A DNA stretch of 64,000 nt, from contig CAVOXA010000010.1 in the NCBI GenBank assembly GCA_963700285.1, positions 1,888,001 to 1,952,000 on the forward strand, in the 5' to 3' direction. Below, one piece after another: positions 18,022 to 29,463 of this stretch. Within the stretch, counting starts at the first letter, position 1, and each line of letters starts with the position of its first letter. The DNA comes from an uncultured Chloroflexia bacterium (GTDB taxonomy: Bacteria > Chloroflexota > Anaerolineae > JAAYZQ01). The position numbers and the translations under genes were made by a program. The notes beneath the pieces were generated by a model. That model had not been told where the DNA came from, did not search any database, and saw only the letters and a program-made list of their open reading frames with translations.

Positions 18022-20781
18022 ATGGCTGACCCCGCCAAATTGGTGCTGATTGATGGCCATGCGCTGGTATACCGCGCCTACTTTGCCCTGCCTTCCACCA
18101 TGGCGACCGCAAAAGGAGAACTGACCAACGCGGTATTCGGCTTTGCCTCGATGCTGCTCAATGTCCTGCGCGACGAGCAGCCCGATTTCTTGGCCGTGAC
18201 CTTTGATCTGGGCCGCACCTTTCGCCACGATGATTATGCCGAGTACAAGGCCAACCGGGCCGAGATGCCCGACGATCTGCGCGTGCAATTCAGCAGGATC
18301 GACGAGCTGCTGGCAGCGATGGACATTCCTACCTATTCGGCCGAGGGCTACGAGGCTGACGATGTGCTGGCTGCCCTGGCCCAGCAGGCGGAGGCCGAGG
18401 GCGTAGATACGCTCATTGTAACCGGGGACACCGATACTTTCCAGCTTATCGGCCCCCACGTACGTGTGCTCGCCCCCCGCCGCTCCTTTGGCGACACGCT
18501 AATCTATGACGAGGATGGCGTCCGCGAGCGATACGGGTTGGAGCCCAAACAACTGATCGATTACAAGGCCCTCGTCGGCGATACAAGTGACAACGTGCCC
18601 GGCGTCCGTGGGATTGGGGCCAAGACAGCGACCAAGCTGTTGCAGGAATATGGCAGCGTCGAGGCCATTTATGACCATCTGGAAGAGATAAGCAGCCCCC
18701 GCTTCCGGAGCGCCCTGGAAAAGGGCCATGATGATGCCTTTCTCAGCAAACACCTGGTAACGATCGTCACCGATTTGCCAGTAAGCCTAGACTTGGGGGC
18801 CTGCCGAGTAGGACGGGTCAACCGCGAGCAGGTTGTAGAGCTTTTTCGCGAACTGGAGTTTAGGGCGTTGTTGGACCGCGTGACACCCACTGCTGAGGCA
18901 GGTACTCCGGCACAGCTCTCCCTGTTTGATGAACAAGCCCCTGCTCCTGCTAGGAAAGTGGGGGACTACCAGATCGTGGACAGTGTGGCAACGCTGGAGG
19001 CAGCGGCAGCCGAGTTGGGGCAGGGGAAGGCCGTCGTTGTGGACGTCGAGTCCACGAGCACGGATCCCATGGCAGCCAAGCTGGTAGGTATTGCCATCAC
19101 TGCCCAAGAGGGCAAGGGCTACTATGTCATTGTAGGGCATCGGGACGCTGCCAATCTCTCACTGGAGACGGTCGGCCAGGTGCTTGCACCACTGCTCCAG
19201 GATCCGGCCATACCCAAGTATGCTCACAACGCCAATTATGATTTGACGGTGCTGGCCGAGCATGGTCTCGACGTGACTCCCATGACCTGTGATACGATGA
19301 TCGCCGAATGGCTGCTGAACCCAGCCAGCCGGAATCTGGGACTCAAGAACCTGGCCTGGAACCGCCTGGGTGTTGAGATGACGCCCATCAGCCAACTCAT
19401 CGGCAGCGGGAAAAAACAGGTCACCATGGACCGGGTTGCGGCGGAAAAGGCCGCACCCTATGCTTGTGCCGACGTGGACATGACCCTGCGCCTGGCAGGC
19501 CAGCTCCTGCCAGAATTGCACGAAAAGGAACTGTGGTCCCTCTACTCCGAGGTTGAGATGCCGCTGGTGCCGGTCATCGTCGATATGCAGCGAGCCGGCG
19601 TCAAGCTGGACGTGGTGACCCTGACCAGGATGAGCCGCCAGTTGGGCGAGCGGTTGGGTGAACTGCAGACAGAGATCGAGGGACACGTGGGCCGCGCCAT
19701 CAACATCAATTCGACCCAGCAGCTCAGCGTGGCGCTCTTTGATGAGATGGACCTGGCCTTGCCCTGGATGCGCCGGGGAGCATCGGGGTACTATTCCACC
19801 GCTGCCGATGTCCTGGAAAAGATACGGGACAAGCATCCGGTCGTCGAGTTGATCTTGGAGCACCGCCAACTGTCCAAGCTCAAGGGCACCTACGTGGATG
19901 CCTTGCCCGCGCTGGTTAACCCGCGCACAGGACGCGTGCATACTTCTTACAACCAGACCGGCTCGGTTACTGGGCGCTTTTCGTCGTCCAATCCCAACTT
20001 GCAGAACATTCCCATTCGTACCGAGCAGGGGCGCGAGATCCGCCGCGCCTTTGTGGCTGATGATGGTTGGTTGTTGCTGGCCGCCGACTATTCGCAGGTC
20101 GAGCTGCGGGTCCTGGCTCATATCTCTGGCGACCCGACCATGCTGGACGCCTTTGCCCGGGGAGAGGACATCCACGCCAGCACGGCGGCGGCCATCTATG
20201 AGGTGCCCCTGGACGAGGTGACCTCGGACCAGCGCCGGGTAGCCAAGATGACCAACTTTGCCATCAGCTATGGTGTGACCGGTTTTGGCCTCGCAGAGCG
20301 GACGGGGTTGGACCCGAAGGATGCCGAGGCCTTCATTCAGACCTATTTTGCGACCTATCCCAGGGTCAAAGAATACATTGACCGGACTCACGAACAGGCC
20401 CGGGACCAGGGCTACGTCGAAACGCTATTGGGGCGCCGCCGCTACTTCCACGAGTTGGGCACCACGTCCCGTGCGCACCACAATGCCCGCCAGCAAGCCG
20501 ACCGGATGGCCATCAACGCCCCGATCCAGGGCACGGCCGCCGACATCCTGAAGGTGGCCATGAATAGGTTGTGGCGTGAATTGCGGGCGCGTGGATTACG
20601 CAGTCGCATGATACTGCAGGTGCACGACGAACTGGTGCTGGAAGTACCCAAAGAGGAACTGGACGAGGCGGCGTCCCTGGTCATCGAAATGATGGAGGGG
20701 GCCTATACCCTCGATGCTCCGCTGAAAGTGGATGCCAAGATAGGTCCAAACTGGCTGGAGATGGACGAATACAGACGATAG
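18022..20781 (+). CDS. polA: DNA polymerase I
   Basis: LIDGHAL 5'-3' exonuclease, GYEADD, ADYSQVELR, NAPIQGTAAD, LQVHDELV. Confidence 0.98.
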   Translation: MADPAKLVLIDGHALVYRAYFALPSTMATAKGELTNAVFGFASMLLNVLRDEQPDFLAVTFDLGRTFRHDDYAEYKANRAEMPDDLRVQFSRIDELLAAMDIPTYSAEGYEADDVLAALAQQAEAEGVDTLIVTGDTDTFQLIGPHVRVLAPRRSFGDTLIYDEDGVRERYGLEPKQLIDYKALVGDTSDNVPGVRGIGAKTATKLLQEYGSVEAIYDHLEEISSPRFRSALEKGHDDAFLSKHLVTIVTDLPVSLDLGACRVGRVNREQVVELFRELEFRALLDRVTPTAEAGTPAQLSLFDEQAPAPARKVGDYQIVDSVATLEAAAAELGQGKAVVVDVESTSTDPMAAKLVGIAITAQEGKGYYVIVGHRDAANLSLETVGQVLAPLLQDPAIPKYAHNANYDLTVLAEHGLDVTPMTCDTMIAEWLLNPASRNLGLKNLAWNRLGVEMTPISQLIGSGKKQVTMDRVAAEKAAPYACADVDMTLRLAGQLLPELHEKELWSLYSEVEMPLVPVIVDMQRAGVKLDVVTLTRMSRQLGERLGELQTEIEGHVGRAININSTQQLSVALFDEMDLALPWMRRGASGYYSTAADVLEKIRDKHPVVELILEHRQLSKLKGTYVDALPALVNPRTGRVHTSYNQTGSVTGRFSSSNPNLQNIPIRTEQGREIRRAFVADDGWLLLAADYSQVELRVLAHISGDPTMLDAFARGEDIHASTAAAIYEVPLDEVTSDQRRVAKMTNFAISYGVTGFGLAERTGLDPKDAEAFIQTYFATYPRVKEYIDRTHEQARDQGYVETLLGRRRYFHELGTTSRAHHNARQQADRMAINAPIQGTAADILKVAMNRLWRELRARGLRSRMILQVHDELVLEVPKEELDEAASLVIEMMEGAYTLDAPLKVDAKIGPNWLEMDEYRR

Positions 20782-20834
20782 TGGATGTGGCCCCGAGGAG
20801 CCAAATCACACCTGTAACTAGGCAAAGGATACAC

Positions 20835-22535
20835 ATGATTAGAGACGAACTTGCTGAACTGATCTACAACGCGGCGTACAAAGCCCAGAAGAAAAAGAGC
20901 TTGCCCCGGACCGAGATCCCCGAGGTGCTCATCGAACGGCCCCGGCGGGAAGAGCATGGCGACTATGCCACCAGCCTGCCGCTCAAAATGATCGCCGACG
21001 TCAACCGGGAACTCAAAGCTGCCGGGAAGCCAAAGCTGAGCCCCATGCAGGTGGGCAAGAGCATTGTGCACCGAATGGAGCCAGTCCCCTTTGTCGGCCA
21101 GATGGACGTAGCGCCACCCGGTTTCATCAATGTCACACTGGACCAGGGCTGGCTGGCCCAGCAGGTGGAGGTGATCCTGGATGCTGGCGAGACCTTTGGA
21201 AGTGTGGATCTGGGCCACGGCAAACGTGTGCAGGTGGAATACGGGAGCATCAACCCCACCGGTCCCTTACACGTCGGGGCCGGTCGCAACCTGGCGCTGG
21301 GCGATACCATCGCCAACGTCCTGGGTGCCGCCGGGTACGACGTGCAACGCGAGTACTATATCAACAATGCTGGCTCGCAGATGGAAAAGCTGGGCGAGAG
21401 TCTGTACGTGCGCTATTGCGAGCTGTTGGACCGCGATGCAGGCGGGATTCCTGAGGGCGGCTACGTAGGCCTGTATGTCATCGATTGGGCAAAGCAGGTA
21501 ATAGATGAGGAAGGGGACCGCTACCTGCGCCTGCCGCGCGAGGAAGCCGTGGCCCTGATGCGGGACGTGGCCTACCGGTTGGCCATGGAGGACATTCGCG
21601 CGGATTGTGCCCGCATGAACGTCCACTATGACAATTGGTTCTCCGAGCAAGCGCTGTACGACGAGGGCCTTTTTGAACACGTCATGAGCATTTTGCGCCA
21701 GGGAGACCATCTCTATATGGCCGACGGTGCAGTTTGGTTCAACGCCAAAGCCTTGGGCGCTGATAAGAATGAGGTGATCATCCGCTCCAACGGCCAGCCT
21801 GGCTACTTTGTCTCGGACGTCGCCTATCATTACAACAAGTTTGTGCAAAGGGGCTTTGAGTGGGTGATCGACGTCTGGGGCGCCGACCACCAGGGCCATG
21901 TGCCGCGCATGAAGGCCATGATGGAAGCCCTGGGCTTGGATCCGGAGAAACTGACGCTCTACATATACCAGATGGTGACCATCCTGGACTTGGGGGAGCA
22001 GGTACGTCTCTCTAAACGGGCAGGTACCTCGGTGGATCTGCGCGAAGTCTCGGACGACATTGGCCCCGATGTCCTGCGCTTCTTCCTGGTGGCCCGAGCT
22101 GCCGACAGCCAGATGGATCTAGATCTGGGTCTTGCCCGCCAGGAGTCGGACGAGAACCCGGTTTACTATGTGCAGTACGGCCACGCTCGCATTGCCAGCG
22201 TCCTGCGCTACGCCGAGGAGCAAGGCTACACTGATGAGGGGGCCGATGTGTCTTTGCTCAGCCATCCCTCGGAGCTGGCCCTGATCCGCAAGATGCTCGA
22301 GCTGCCCGAAGTCGTGGCCCTGTCTGCCGAGAACCTGGCGCCCCATCACCTGGCGCACTATGCCCAGGACCTGGCGTCCACGTTCCACTCTTTCTACCGC
22401 GACTGCCGGGTTGTCAGCTCGGAGCCTGCTGACACCGAATTGACCAAGGCCCGCCTGAGGTTGGCCAAGGCAGCCAAACACGTACTGGCACGTACGCTCA
22501 CGCTCATAGGAGTGGCCGCGCCAGAGAGGATGTAG
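20835..22535 (+). CDS. argS: Arginine--tRNA ligase
   Basis: EYGSINPTGPLHVG, WGADHQG, LSKRAG, NPVYYVQY, APERM C-terminus. Confidence 0.97.
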   Translation: MIRDELAELIYNAAYKAQKKKSLPRTEIPEVLIERPRREEHGDYATSLPLKMIADVNRELKAAGKPKLSPMQVGKSIVHRMEPVPFVGQMDVAPPGFINVTLDQGWLAQQVEVILDAGETFGSVDLGHGKRVQVEYGSINPTGPLHVGAGRNLALGDTIANVLGAAGYDVQREYYINNAGSQMEKLGESLYVRYCELLDRDAGGIPEGGYVGLYVIDWAKQVIDEEGDRYLRLPREEAVALMRDVAYRLAMEDIRADCARMNVHYDNWFSEQALYDEGLFEHVMSILRQGDHLYMADGAVWFNAKALGADKNEVIIRSNGQPGYFVSDVAYHYNKFVQRGFEWVIDVWGADHQGHVPRMKAMMEALGLDPEKLTLYIYQMVTILDLGEQVRLSKRAGTSVDLREVSDDIGPDVLRFFLVARAADSQMDLDLGLARQESDENPVYYVQYGHARIASVLRYAEEQGYTDEGADVSLLSHPSELALIRKMLELPEVVALSAENLAPHHLAHYAQDLASTFHSFYRDCRVVSSEPADTELTKARLRLAKAAKHVLARTLTLIGVAAPERM

Positions 22536-22669
22536 CAATCGGAATCATAAGCCGGATGCTAGAGGGCCTGAAAGGAGTAGCCAGTTCCCGTCAGGCCCTT
22601 TGCTGTGGATCGGATAAAGCCCAGGAAGTGAGCCATCTGCCCATACAACAGAACAAAGGAGTTGAATCA

Positions 22670-23872
22670 GTGTCCAACAATCGAAGCCCAGTGATTGTCA
22701 GCGCCGCACGGACAGCCATCGGTAGTTTTGGCGGGACCCTTGCCACCATCCCGGCGCCCGAGTTGGGCGCGGCAGCGATCCGCGCCGCTGTAGAGCGGGC
22801 TGGGATCGACCCTGGCTCCATCGACGAGGTACTGATGGGTTCCGTGGTCACAGCCGGCCAGGGGCAAGCGCCGGCGCGCCAGGCGGCCATCAAGGCCGGC
22901 ATTCCTGCCCGCGTCGGCGCCGTGACCTTGAACAAGGTCTGTGGTTCAGGCCTCAAGACGGCGATGCTGGCTGCTGGCTTGGTCAAGGCCGGAGACGGGG
23001 ACATCTATGTCGCCGGTGGGATGGAGAACATGAACAGAGCGCCTTACCTGCTGCCGCAGGGGCGCACAGGTTACCGGTTGGGCCATGGTCAGGTGCTGGA
23101 TGCCTGCGTGCGTGATGGGCTGTGGTGTGGTTTTGAGGATCAGCACATGGGACTGGCTGCCGAGTGGATCGCCAAGGAAGTTGGCGTCAGCCGCGAGGAG
23201 CAGGACCGCTTCGCTCTGGAAAGCCACCGGAAAGCCGTGGCAGCCCAGGATGCCGGGCGTTTCACAGAGGAGATTGTCCCGGTTGAGGTGCCCCAGAGAA
23301 AGGGTGAACCCCTCGTCTTTGATGTCGACGAAAATCCTCGCCAGGACACCTCGCTGGAGAAGCTGGCGCAGCTCCGGCCGGTCTTCAAGGTAGATGGAAC
23401 CGTTACCGCCGGCAATGCCTCAGCCATCACCGATGGTGCGGCCGCCGTCGTCATCATGAGCCAGGCAAAGGCGCAGGAGCTTGGCATTCAACCGTTGGCC
23501 CGCATTACAGGCTATTGCTACGGCGCGGTCGAGCCGATTGAGATTTTTACTGCGCCTGTGCTTGCGCTGCGGAACCTCATGCAAAAGACCGGAACAAAGC
23601 TGGATGACTATGATCTCTTTGAACTCAACGAAGCGTTTGCGGCCCAGTGCCTGGGCGACGGCAAACTTCTGGCCGGTGAGGGCTGGAATTGGGACAAGGT
23701 CAACGTGAATGGCGGAGCCATTGCGCTGGGCCATCCCATCGGCTGTAGCGGTACGCGGGTTCTGGTAACCCTGCTCAACGCCTTGCGGCAGCGCGACCTC
23801 CAGACCGGCATTGCCAGCCTGTGCTTGGGTGGCGGCGAGGCCGTGGCCATGAGCGTTGAAATGCTGAGCTGA
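22670..23872 (+). CDS. atoB: Acetyl-CoA C-acetyltransferase (bacterial biosynthetic thiolase)
   Basis: GTG start after AAGGAG. NKVCGSG, NEAFA, GAIALGHPIG, LCLGGG. Confidence 0.92.
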   Translation: MSNNRSPVIVSAARTAIGSFGGTLATIPAPELGAAAIRAAVERAGIDPGSIDEVLMGSVVTAGQGQAPARQAAIKAGIPARVGAVTLNKVCGSGLKTAMLAAGLVKAGDGDIYVAGGMENMNRAPYLLPQGRTGYRLGHGQVLDACVRDGLWCGFEDQHMGLAAEWIAKEVGVSREEQDRFALESHRKAVAAQDAGRFTEEIVPVEVPQRKGEPLVFDVDENPRQDTSLEKLAQLRPVFKVDGTVTAGNASAITDGAAAVVIMSQAKAQELGIQPLARITGYCYGAVEPIEIFTAPVLALRNLMQKTGTKLDDYDLFELNEAFAAQCLGDGKLLAGEGWNWDKVNVNGGAIALGHPIGCSGTRVLVTLLNALRQRDLQTGIASLCLGGGEAVAMSVEMLS

Positions 23873-23903
23873 TTGTAACATCTCATCTCCAATGGAGGGT
23901 GGA

Positions 23904-25058
23904 ATGGCTGGAACAGAGTACTATGAGATCACCCGCGATGATCTAGGCCGCTTTTCGAACCGGGGGCCGGCTTTTGTAACCTTTGGCGAGGTGATGGTTC
24001 GCGACACCCCTGCTGACCTGGAACGCCCGGAGCGAACTCGTTTGGTGCAGCTTTCCATGGCGGGCAGCGAGTATACACTGGCAATGGGCCTGAGCCGTCT
24101 CGGGATCCCTTCATCCTTTATCACCCGCGTTCCCGACAATCCTTACGGCTGGGCGCTGCGCAACATCGCCCGCGAACAGGGTATCGACACCAGTCACATC
24201 GTCTGGGCTCCCAAGACCGAGCCCCTTGGCCGCCTCATCTACGAGATCGGGCGCACGCCTCGAAAGAACACCGGCGTGTATCAGCGAATGTATTCGGCTG
24301 CCTCCCGTCTGGATGCAGGCATGGTTGATTGGCAGGTCGCGCTAAAGGATGCCATGCTCTTTCACAGCTCGGGCATCACCTTCGGCCTGGCAACCCACAG
24401 CAATTACGAGCGCAACTACTGCCTTGATGCCTTCAAGGAAGCCATCGCCAACAAGCCCAAGGGCTGTCTGGTGGGCATGGACTTTAACTACCGCGGCACA
24501 TTGTGGTCGCCTGCTCAGGCCCGCGAGATCCTGACTCCGGTCATCACCGATCATGTGGACATCCTGATCACGACTATCGAGGACATGGCCAGGCTGTACG
24601 ACATCGGCTGCGGGCAGTATTCGGCCAAACAGGTTGTCGATGGAGAGTTGGGGCAGATCGGAGACGACGACATCCGAGTATTTGCGGCACAGGTGCGCGA
24701 GCTGTTCGAGGTCAGCATCGTGGCCATCACCATTCGCTACCCCGATTCTTTTGAGCAGCACCGTTGGGAATCGGCGGCGATGGATGACCAGGGCACTTTT
24801 TTCCGTTCGCCCGCCGTCAGGCCGATCACCCTATGGGACCGCCTGGGCGGAGGCGATACGTGGAACGCGGGCTTTTATTACGGTCTTCTCACAGAGGATT
24901 CCGGAAGTGAGGGCCTAAGAAAGGGAGTACTTGTGGGCGATGCGGCTACCCGCTTGAAGCAGACGCTGATGTTCGATCTGCCCATCGTTGACAAGACCGA
25001 GGTCGAAGCGTTGATGAAGGCTGAGGTGTTAGGCGGCGGCAAGAGAACGTCGCGATAA
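23904..25058 (+). CDS. kdgK: PfkB-family sugar kinase, 2-keto-3-deoxygluconate kinase-like
   Basis: FGEVMVR, DFNYR, DRLGGGDTWNAG. Directly upstream of eda. Confidence 0.75.
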   Translation: MAGTEYYEITRDDLGRFSNRGPAFVTFGEVMVRDTPADLERPERTRLVQLSMAGSEYTLAMGLSRLGIPSSFITRVPDNPYGWALRNIAREQGIDTSHIVWAPKTEPLGRLIYEIGRTPRKNTGVYQRMYSAASRLDAGMVDWQVALKDAMLFHSSGITFGLATHSNYERNYCLDAFKEAIANKPKGCLVGMDFNYRGTLWSPAQAREILTPVITDHVDILITTIEDMARLYDIGCGQYSAKQVVDGELGQIGDDDIRVFAAQVRELFEVSIVAITIRYPDSFEQHRWESAAMDDQGTFFRSPAVRPITLWDRLGGGDTWNAGFYYGLLTEDSGSEGLRKGVLVGDAATRLKQTLMFDLPIVDKTEVEALMKAEVLGGGKRTSR

Positions 25059-25069
25059 AGGGGAAAACC

Positions 25070-25720
25070 ATGGACAAGGTTGACATACTCAATATCATTC
25101 GCGAGACCGGCATCATTGCCATTATGCGCGCCCAGTCCTCTGGTCAGCTGATCGCAGCGGCCGATGCCATCAAGCTGGGCGGCGTGCGGGCCATCGAAGT
25201 GACCATGACCACACCGGGTGCTCTGGACGTCATCGCCAAAGCCAAGGACAGATACGGCTCCGACGTCATCTTTGGTGCCGGGACGGTTCTGGATGCCGAA
25301 ACAGGGCGGGCGGCGATCCTCGCCGGCGCCGATTTCATCGTGTCCCCCACCCTTAATCTCGATCTGGTTGCGCTCTGCAATCGCTACGGCATCCCGGTCG
25401 CGCCCGGCTGCTATTCGCCGACTGAGGTGCTCGCCGGCTGGCAAGCTGGCGCCGATTTCATCAAGCTCTTCCCGGCCAGTGTGGGCGGCCCGGGGTTGAT
25501 CAAAGCGATCCTGGCTCCTCTGCCCCAGGTGCGCATCATTCCGGTAGGCGGGGTAAATTTGGATACGGCGGCCGATTTCATCCGGAACGGCGCGGTCGCC
25601 CTTGGTGTTGGCAGTAGCCTGGTCAGTCAGAAGTTACTGGACAGCGGTGACCTGGACGAACTGACGCGTCGGGCGGGCGCCTACGTCGAACAGGTGCGAG
25701 TGGGAAGGGGACTGGACTGA
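25070..25720 (+). CDS. eda: KDPG/KHG aldolase
   Basis: IEVTMTTP, GAGTVLD, IKLFPA, PVGGVN. Confidence 0.93.
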   Translation: MDKVDILNIIRETGIIAIMRAQSSGQLIAAADAIKLGGVRAIEVTMTTPGALDVIAKAKDRYGSDVIFGAGTVLDAETGRAAILAGADFIVSPTLNLDLVALCNRYGIPVAPGCYSPTEVLAGWQAGADFIKLFPASVGGPGLIKAILAPLPQVRIIPVGGVNLDTAADFIRNGAVALGVGSSLVSQKLLDSGDLDELTRRAGAYVEQVRVGRGLD

Positions 25721-25791
25721 GCGTTGCCCAGCGATAATTCCTTGTCTTTGCCAGTGGGGCCCTCAAGTGGATACTATAAAAGCGCGGAACC

Positions 25792-27181
25792 TCAAAGCTG
25801 GCCCGACTCGTCCCAATCATCCAGCAGGGTTCGGTAGCTTGGATCCTCGTACCGCTCCAACAGGAACCAGTGCGCGTACGGTGGCACATCGCCCCCCGTC
25901 ACGTGGGCGGCCAGCAGCTCGCCTGCGCCGCAGCCGGCCATGATGCCAAAGCCTGACAGTGCCCCGATGATGTAGGCTCCTTCGACGGGCAGGGGTCCGA
26001 TCAGAGGCCGGTTCTCGCGCGTCTTGGCATAGTAGCCGCCATCCACCACCGGACGCGGAAGCCGATCAAAGTAGCCCCGCAGCCCAGGGATCATCCTGGA
26101 CAGGCCACGCAGTACAACCTCAAAGTAGTGGGGATCGTGCGGAGGCAGCGGCACTACCGGCTCCACCGTCTCGATATCGTAGGTCCACAGGCAGAGCTGG
26201 CTCCGGCTGCCCGGGGTGCCCTCCGGCAGTCCATGTGGGCCAGAGGGAAACGGCTCCAACAGCCACTGCATCTCCTCAGACTCGGCCAGCAGCTCCCGCT
26301 CTTCGTCCGACCAGGGCAGTCTGCTGGGGATCGGCCCAGTAGTACAGGGGCGCGCTCTGGGGGATGATGCCCAGGGAGTCGTTGTAGGCGATCTTGGCGT
26401 GCAGCTCACAGATAGATGGGCAGGTCCACGCCCACCATCTCGCCCACCTGCTTTGACAAAGGGTCCGGCGGCGTTGACAAAGGTATCGGTAGCGATGGTC
26501 TGCGACCCTGAGCCGTCGCTCAGCCGCACCGCCCGCACCCGACCGCCCTGCACATCTACGCCCTCCACACGGGCATGCAAGAGCCGGGTGCCGCACTTCC
26601 GAGCCTGTTCCAGCATGTACATGCCCAACTGCTGCGCGCTCATCCGGCCGCAACGGCGGGTGTGCAGCGCCGCGATGACGTCCTCGGACAGGAAGGGAAA
26701 GTGCTTGTGGATCAGGGGCGGATCGAGGATCAGGTCGGCGCCGGTGGGCAGGTCCTCAAAACCGCTGGTCGGCGCCGGGGTGTAGGCCGGATCGCCAGCC
26801 CGCCCGTCTATGGATGCGAAGCGGTCCAGCTCCCAGCGCACAGGATTCCTCCGCCGCCCGCTCAAAGTCGGGGATGCGGGCCGGGTCCGCTGTAACAAAG
26901 AGGTAGCCCCGCCGGCTCAGGTGGAAGACGTTGTCGCTTTCGCGAGCAAGCTCTTCCATGATGTCGATGCTACGATTCGTCAGTCGCACCATGGTATCCC
27001 CGGGCCCGGGCCACCAGTTTCGGTAGCATTCCGTCGACTTGTCGCTGGTCAGGCTGAAGGGGTCGCGTTCGTCGACCAGGATCACGTTCCTGATGCCCTG
27101 CCGGACGGCCAGATGGTAGGCGGCGCTGATCCCGCCGATGCCGGCGCCACAGATGACGACACTACTGGTTTGAGAGGTCAT
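25792..27181 (-). CDS. FAD-dependent oxidoreductase (DAO/sarcosine oxidase beta-like), frameshifted
   Basis: GAGIGG Rossmann motif, VNAAGP, GGYYAKTRENRPLIGP, ALSGFGIM. Several indels. Confidence 0.8.
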
Positions 27182-27289
27182 AGCGTTCCCTCGTTTTCAT
27201 CAGAGGTTGCATTGGTCAGACTGATCCGCGGATAGACATGACGAGAAAATGGCCTGTCCTTGGGGTGCGTCAAAGTTTGGCGTACTTGC

Positions 27290-27613
27290 TCATTGCCGCT
27301 CAGGCTTGATACGCCCAAGCCTAAATACTTTGTCGACCATTGCGCTCCGCCAAAGACCTGGTGGCTCTGATTCGAGCTGCTCGTAGATCGCGATATACCG
27401 GGCGCGGACCTGACATAACTGTGGGCTGTCAACCGTCTCTTGGGCCCATCGCATAGCATCCGCATCCCACAACGCCCAGATCTCGGGCGGCACGTATTCA
27501 AGATACTCCTCTTCGGCGTAATTCGAGCCGTGCCAGATGTCCAGTTTGTCTTGCTCCCGGCCAAGGAGACGTGAAATCAGATAGAGATTGGACAAAGTGA
27601 TCGCGGTCGGCAA
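27290..27613 (-). CDS. Hypothetical protein or gene fragment
   Basis: 107-aa ORF with protein-like composition (WHGSN, several Trp). Upstream TTGTCA-18-TATAAT; weak TTG start. Confidence 0.4.
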   Translation of the reverse strand: MPTAITLSNLYLISRLLGREQDKLDIWHGSNYAEEEYLEYVPPEIWALWDADAMRWAQETVDSPQLCQVRARYIAIYEQLESEPPGLWRSAMVDKVFRLGRIKPERQ

Positions 27614-27657
27614 CAGTGATTGCGAGGTGATTATACCCTGGGGAGTACCCCTTTGAC

Positions 27658-27689
27658 AAAAAAAGGACCCCGAAGGGCCCTTTTTCTTT
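27658..27689. terminator. Intrinsic terminator after the cytochrome fragment
   Basis: A-run, GGACCC-CGAA-GGGCCC, T-run. Confidence 0.6.
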
Positions 27690-27726
27690 GACTGAGGTGG
27701 GCCGAAGCCCAGCTCACATTCCTCAT

Positions 27727-28332
27727 TTAGTCAAAGAGCGCCAAGATCTCGCCGATTACCATCATCATCTGTTCTTGGGCTCCCTGATTATCGGCGCTCT
27801 CCTCGACAAGATAACCACCCTGCTTGGTATGCCAGTTAAAGGGGATAAGCCGACCAGCATCATCCTCGTCGATCAATTCAGCCCTATGACATCCACCACA
27901 GGCTCTTGAAGCTGGACCGGTGATATAAGCCGGTACCTCACCGATGTTACTGTCCCAGCCATTGAGTGGGGAATCAGATGCCGACAACAAACCAGGTAGC
28001 GACTTTGTCTGATCGGGCACATCATAGGTGCCTTCAAGGTGGCAGGACTCGCAGTATTCTGTTCCATGAGTGGGATACGGGAACTCGATGTGATGCTCAT
28101 ACTCCAGGGCCTCCACCGGATCGGTGAAATCGATATCGCCAATATCAAAGGCCTGGCCTGAACGGATCGCGTGGACATAGGAGTCAATCGACCTCGACTG
28201 CATCTCCAAATGAGAACCGTCACTCTTTGTGATGTGACACATCCTGCAGACAACGATACTCCCGCCTCTATCCGGCGAGTGGTAGTTGGTTGCCAGTGCA
28301 TCATGGCAGTTCTGACACTTGTCCACGTCCGC
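27727..28332 (-). pseudogene. C-terminal fragment of a multiheme c-type cytochrome (MtrC/OmcA-like)
   Basis: CQNCH, CRMCH, CESCH, CGGCH and VHAIRSG. No signal peptide; abuts the transposase stop codon. Confidence 0.8.
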
Positions 28333-29421
28333 CTAGACTGCGGCCCAAGTGAGAGCATTCTCAGGCGTCATGTCGCTGAAGAACGCTTCCACAGTCTCGA
28401 GCAATACCTTCATCGAGCCGTATAGCCGATTGGCGGCAACGTGGTTCTTGAGGCGCAGCCAGATGTCTTCAACGGGGTTCAGGTGGGAGCAATACTTGGG
28501 CAGATAGTACAGCTGGAGCTGTGGGTGAATCTCCAACCAATCACGGACGAGGTGGGCAGTGTGGCTGCTGTAGTTGTCCACAATCAAGATAATGGGCTGA
28601 TGGGAATAGACAATCAACAGATGTTCCAGGAAAGCGAGAAGTCCTCTTTGCGTACCCGCTCGCGGACGAGGTAGGTCCATTGTCCCGTGCGGATGTTCAA
28701 TGCACCGAACAAGGCACGGGTCGTGTTCGAGCCTGGCGTCGGAACGCGAACCTGTTGACTGGCCCAGTGCCACATGGCGCGGATCAGTGGCAAGAGCTGG
28801 ATCCGCGATTCGTCCGCATACAAGATGGCTGTTTCCGGTGGTGCTTCCACTGCTGCCTTGACGATTGTCCACTGTTTCTGCGCTTTCTCAGGATCGACCT
28901 TGGCTGGCATTGCCAGTCGAGGACGACCCCAGCGCAATCCCATCTGATGCAGTGTTCTACGCAAAGCGCTCAGGCTGAGGGTTACTTTCAGCTCATGGGT
29001 CAGAGCCAGGGCCAGCGTGGCGACTGTCCAAAAGGTTGCCAGATAGCCTTCCTGCTGTGGATCCTCTTGCATCAGTTGAACCACTATACCTTGCACCTCA
29101 TCGGTGATCTTTTGCGGTCGACCGCTGCGCGGTTGATCATACAAACCGCTCGGACCGTGTTTGTTGAAGCGGTGGATCCAGAAACGGACGGTAGCACGAC
29201 AAACGCCAAAGATGTCAGCGAGCTCGGGTACCTTCTTTCGCCGAGTGGACAACAGAATCATCTGCGCTCGCTGGCTGACTCGTCCGACCTCTTGGCGAAC
29301 CATGCGCTCGAGTTCTCTTTGTTCTTCATCTGTCGGTTCTCGGGCATAAAGCATTTTGCACCTCCGCTATCATTGTACCACCATTGCGGAAAAGTGCAAT
29401 AGACTTTCTGCTACCTACTTA
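28333..29421 (-). mobile_element. IS630-family element (frameshifted transposase, one end apparently missing)
   Basis: HTH N-terminus (29354 start), YADES, IVDNYSSH, HLNPVED. Upstream end TAAGTAGGTAGCAGAAAG; no matching IR after the stop. Confidence 0.85.
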
Positions 29422-29463
29422 GGGCCATTCGCTGTACCTCCCAAAACCAGTCTCTCGCTACCC

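Noticed and set aside
19159-20391. Long antisense ORFs here and opposite other genes (e.g. 48754-49920, 8737-9825, 63618-63956)
   Set aside because: Shadow frames produced by GC-rich codon bias of the real genes.
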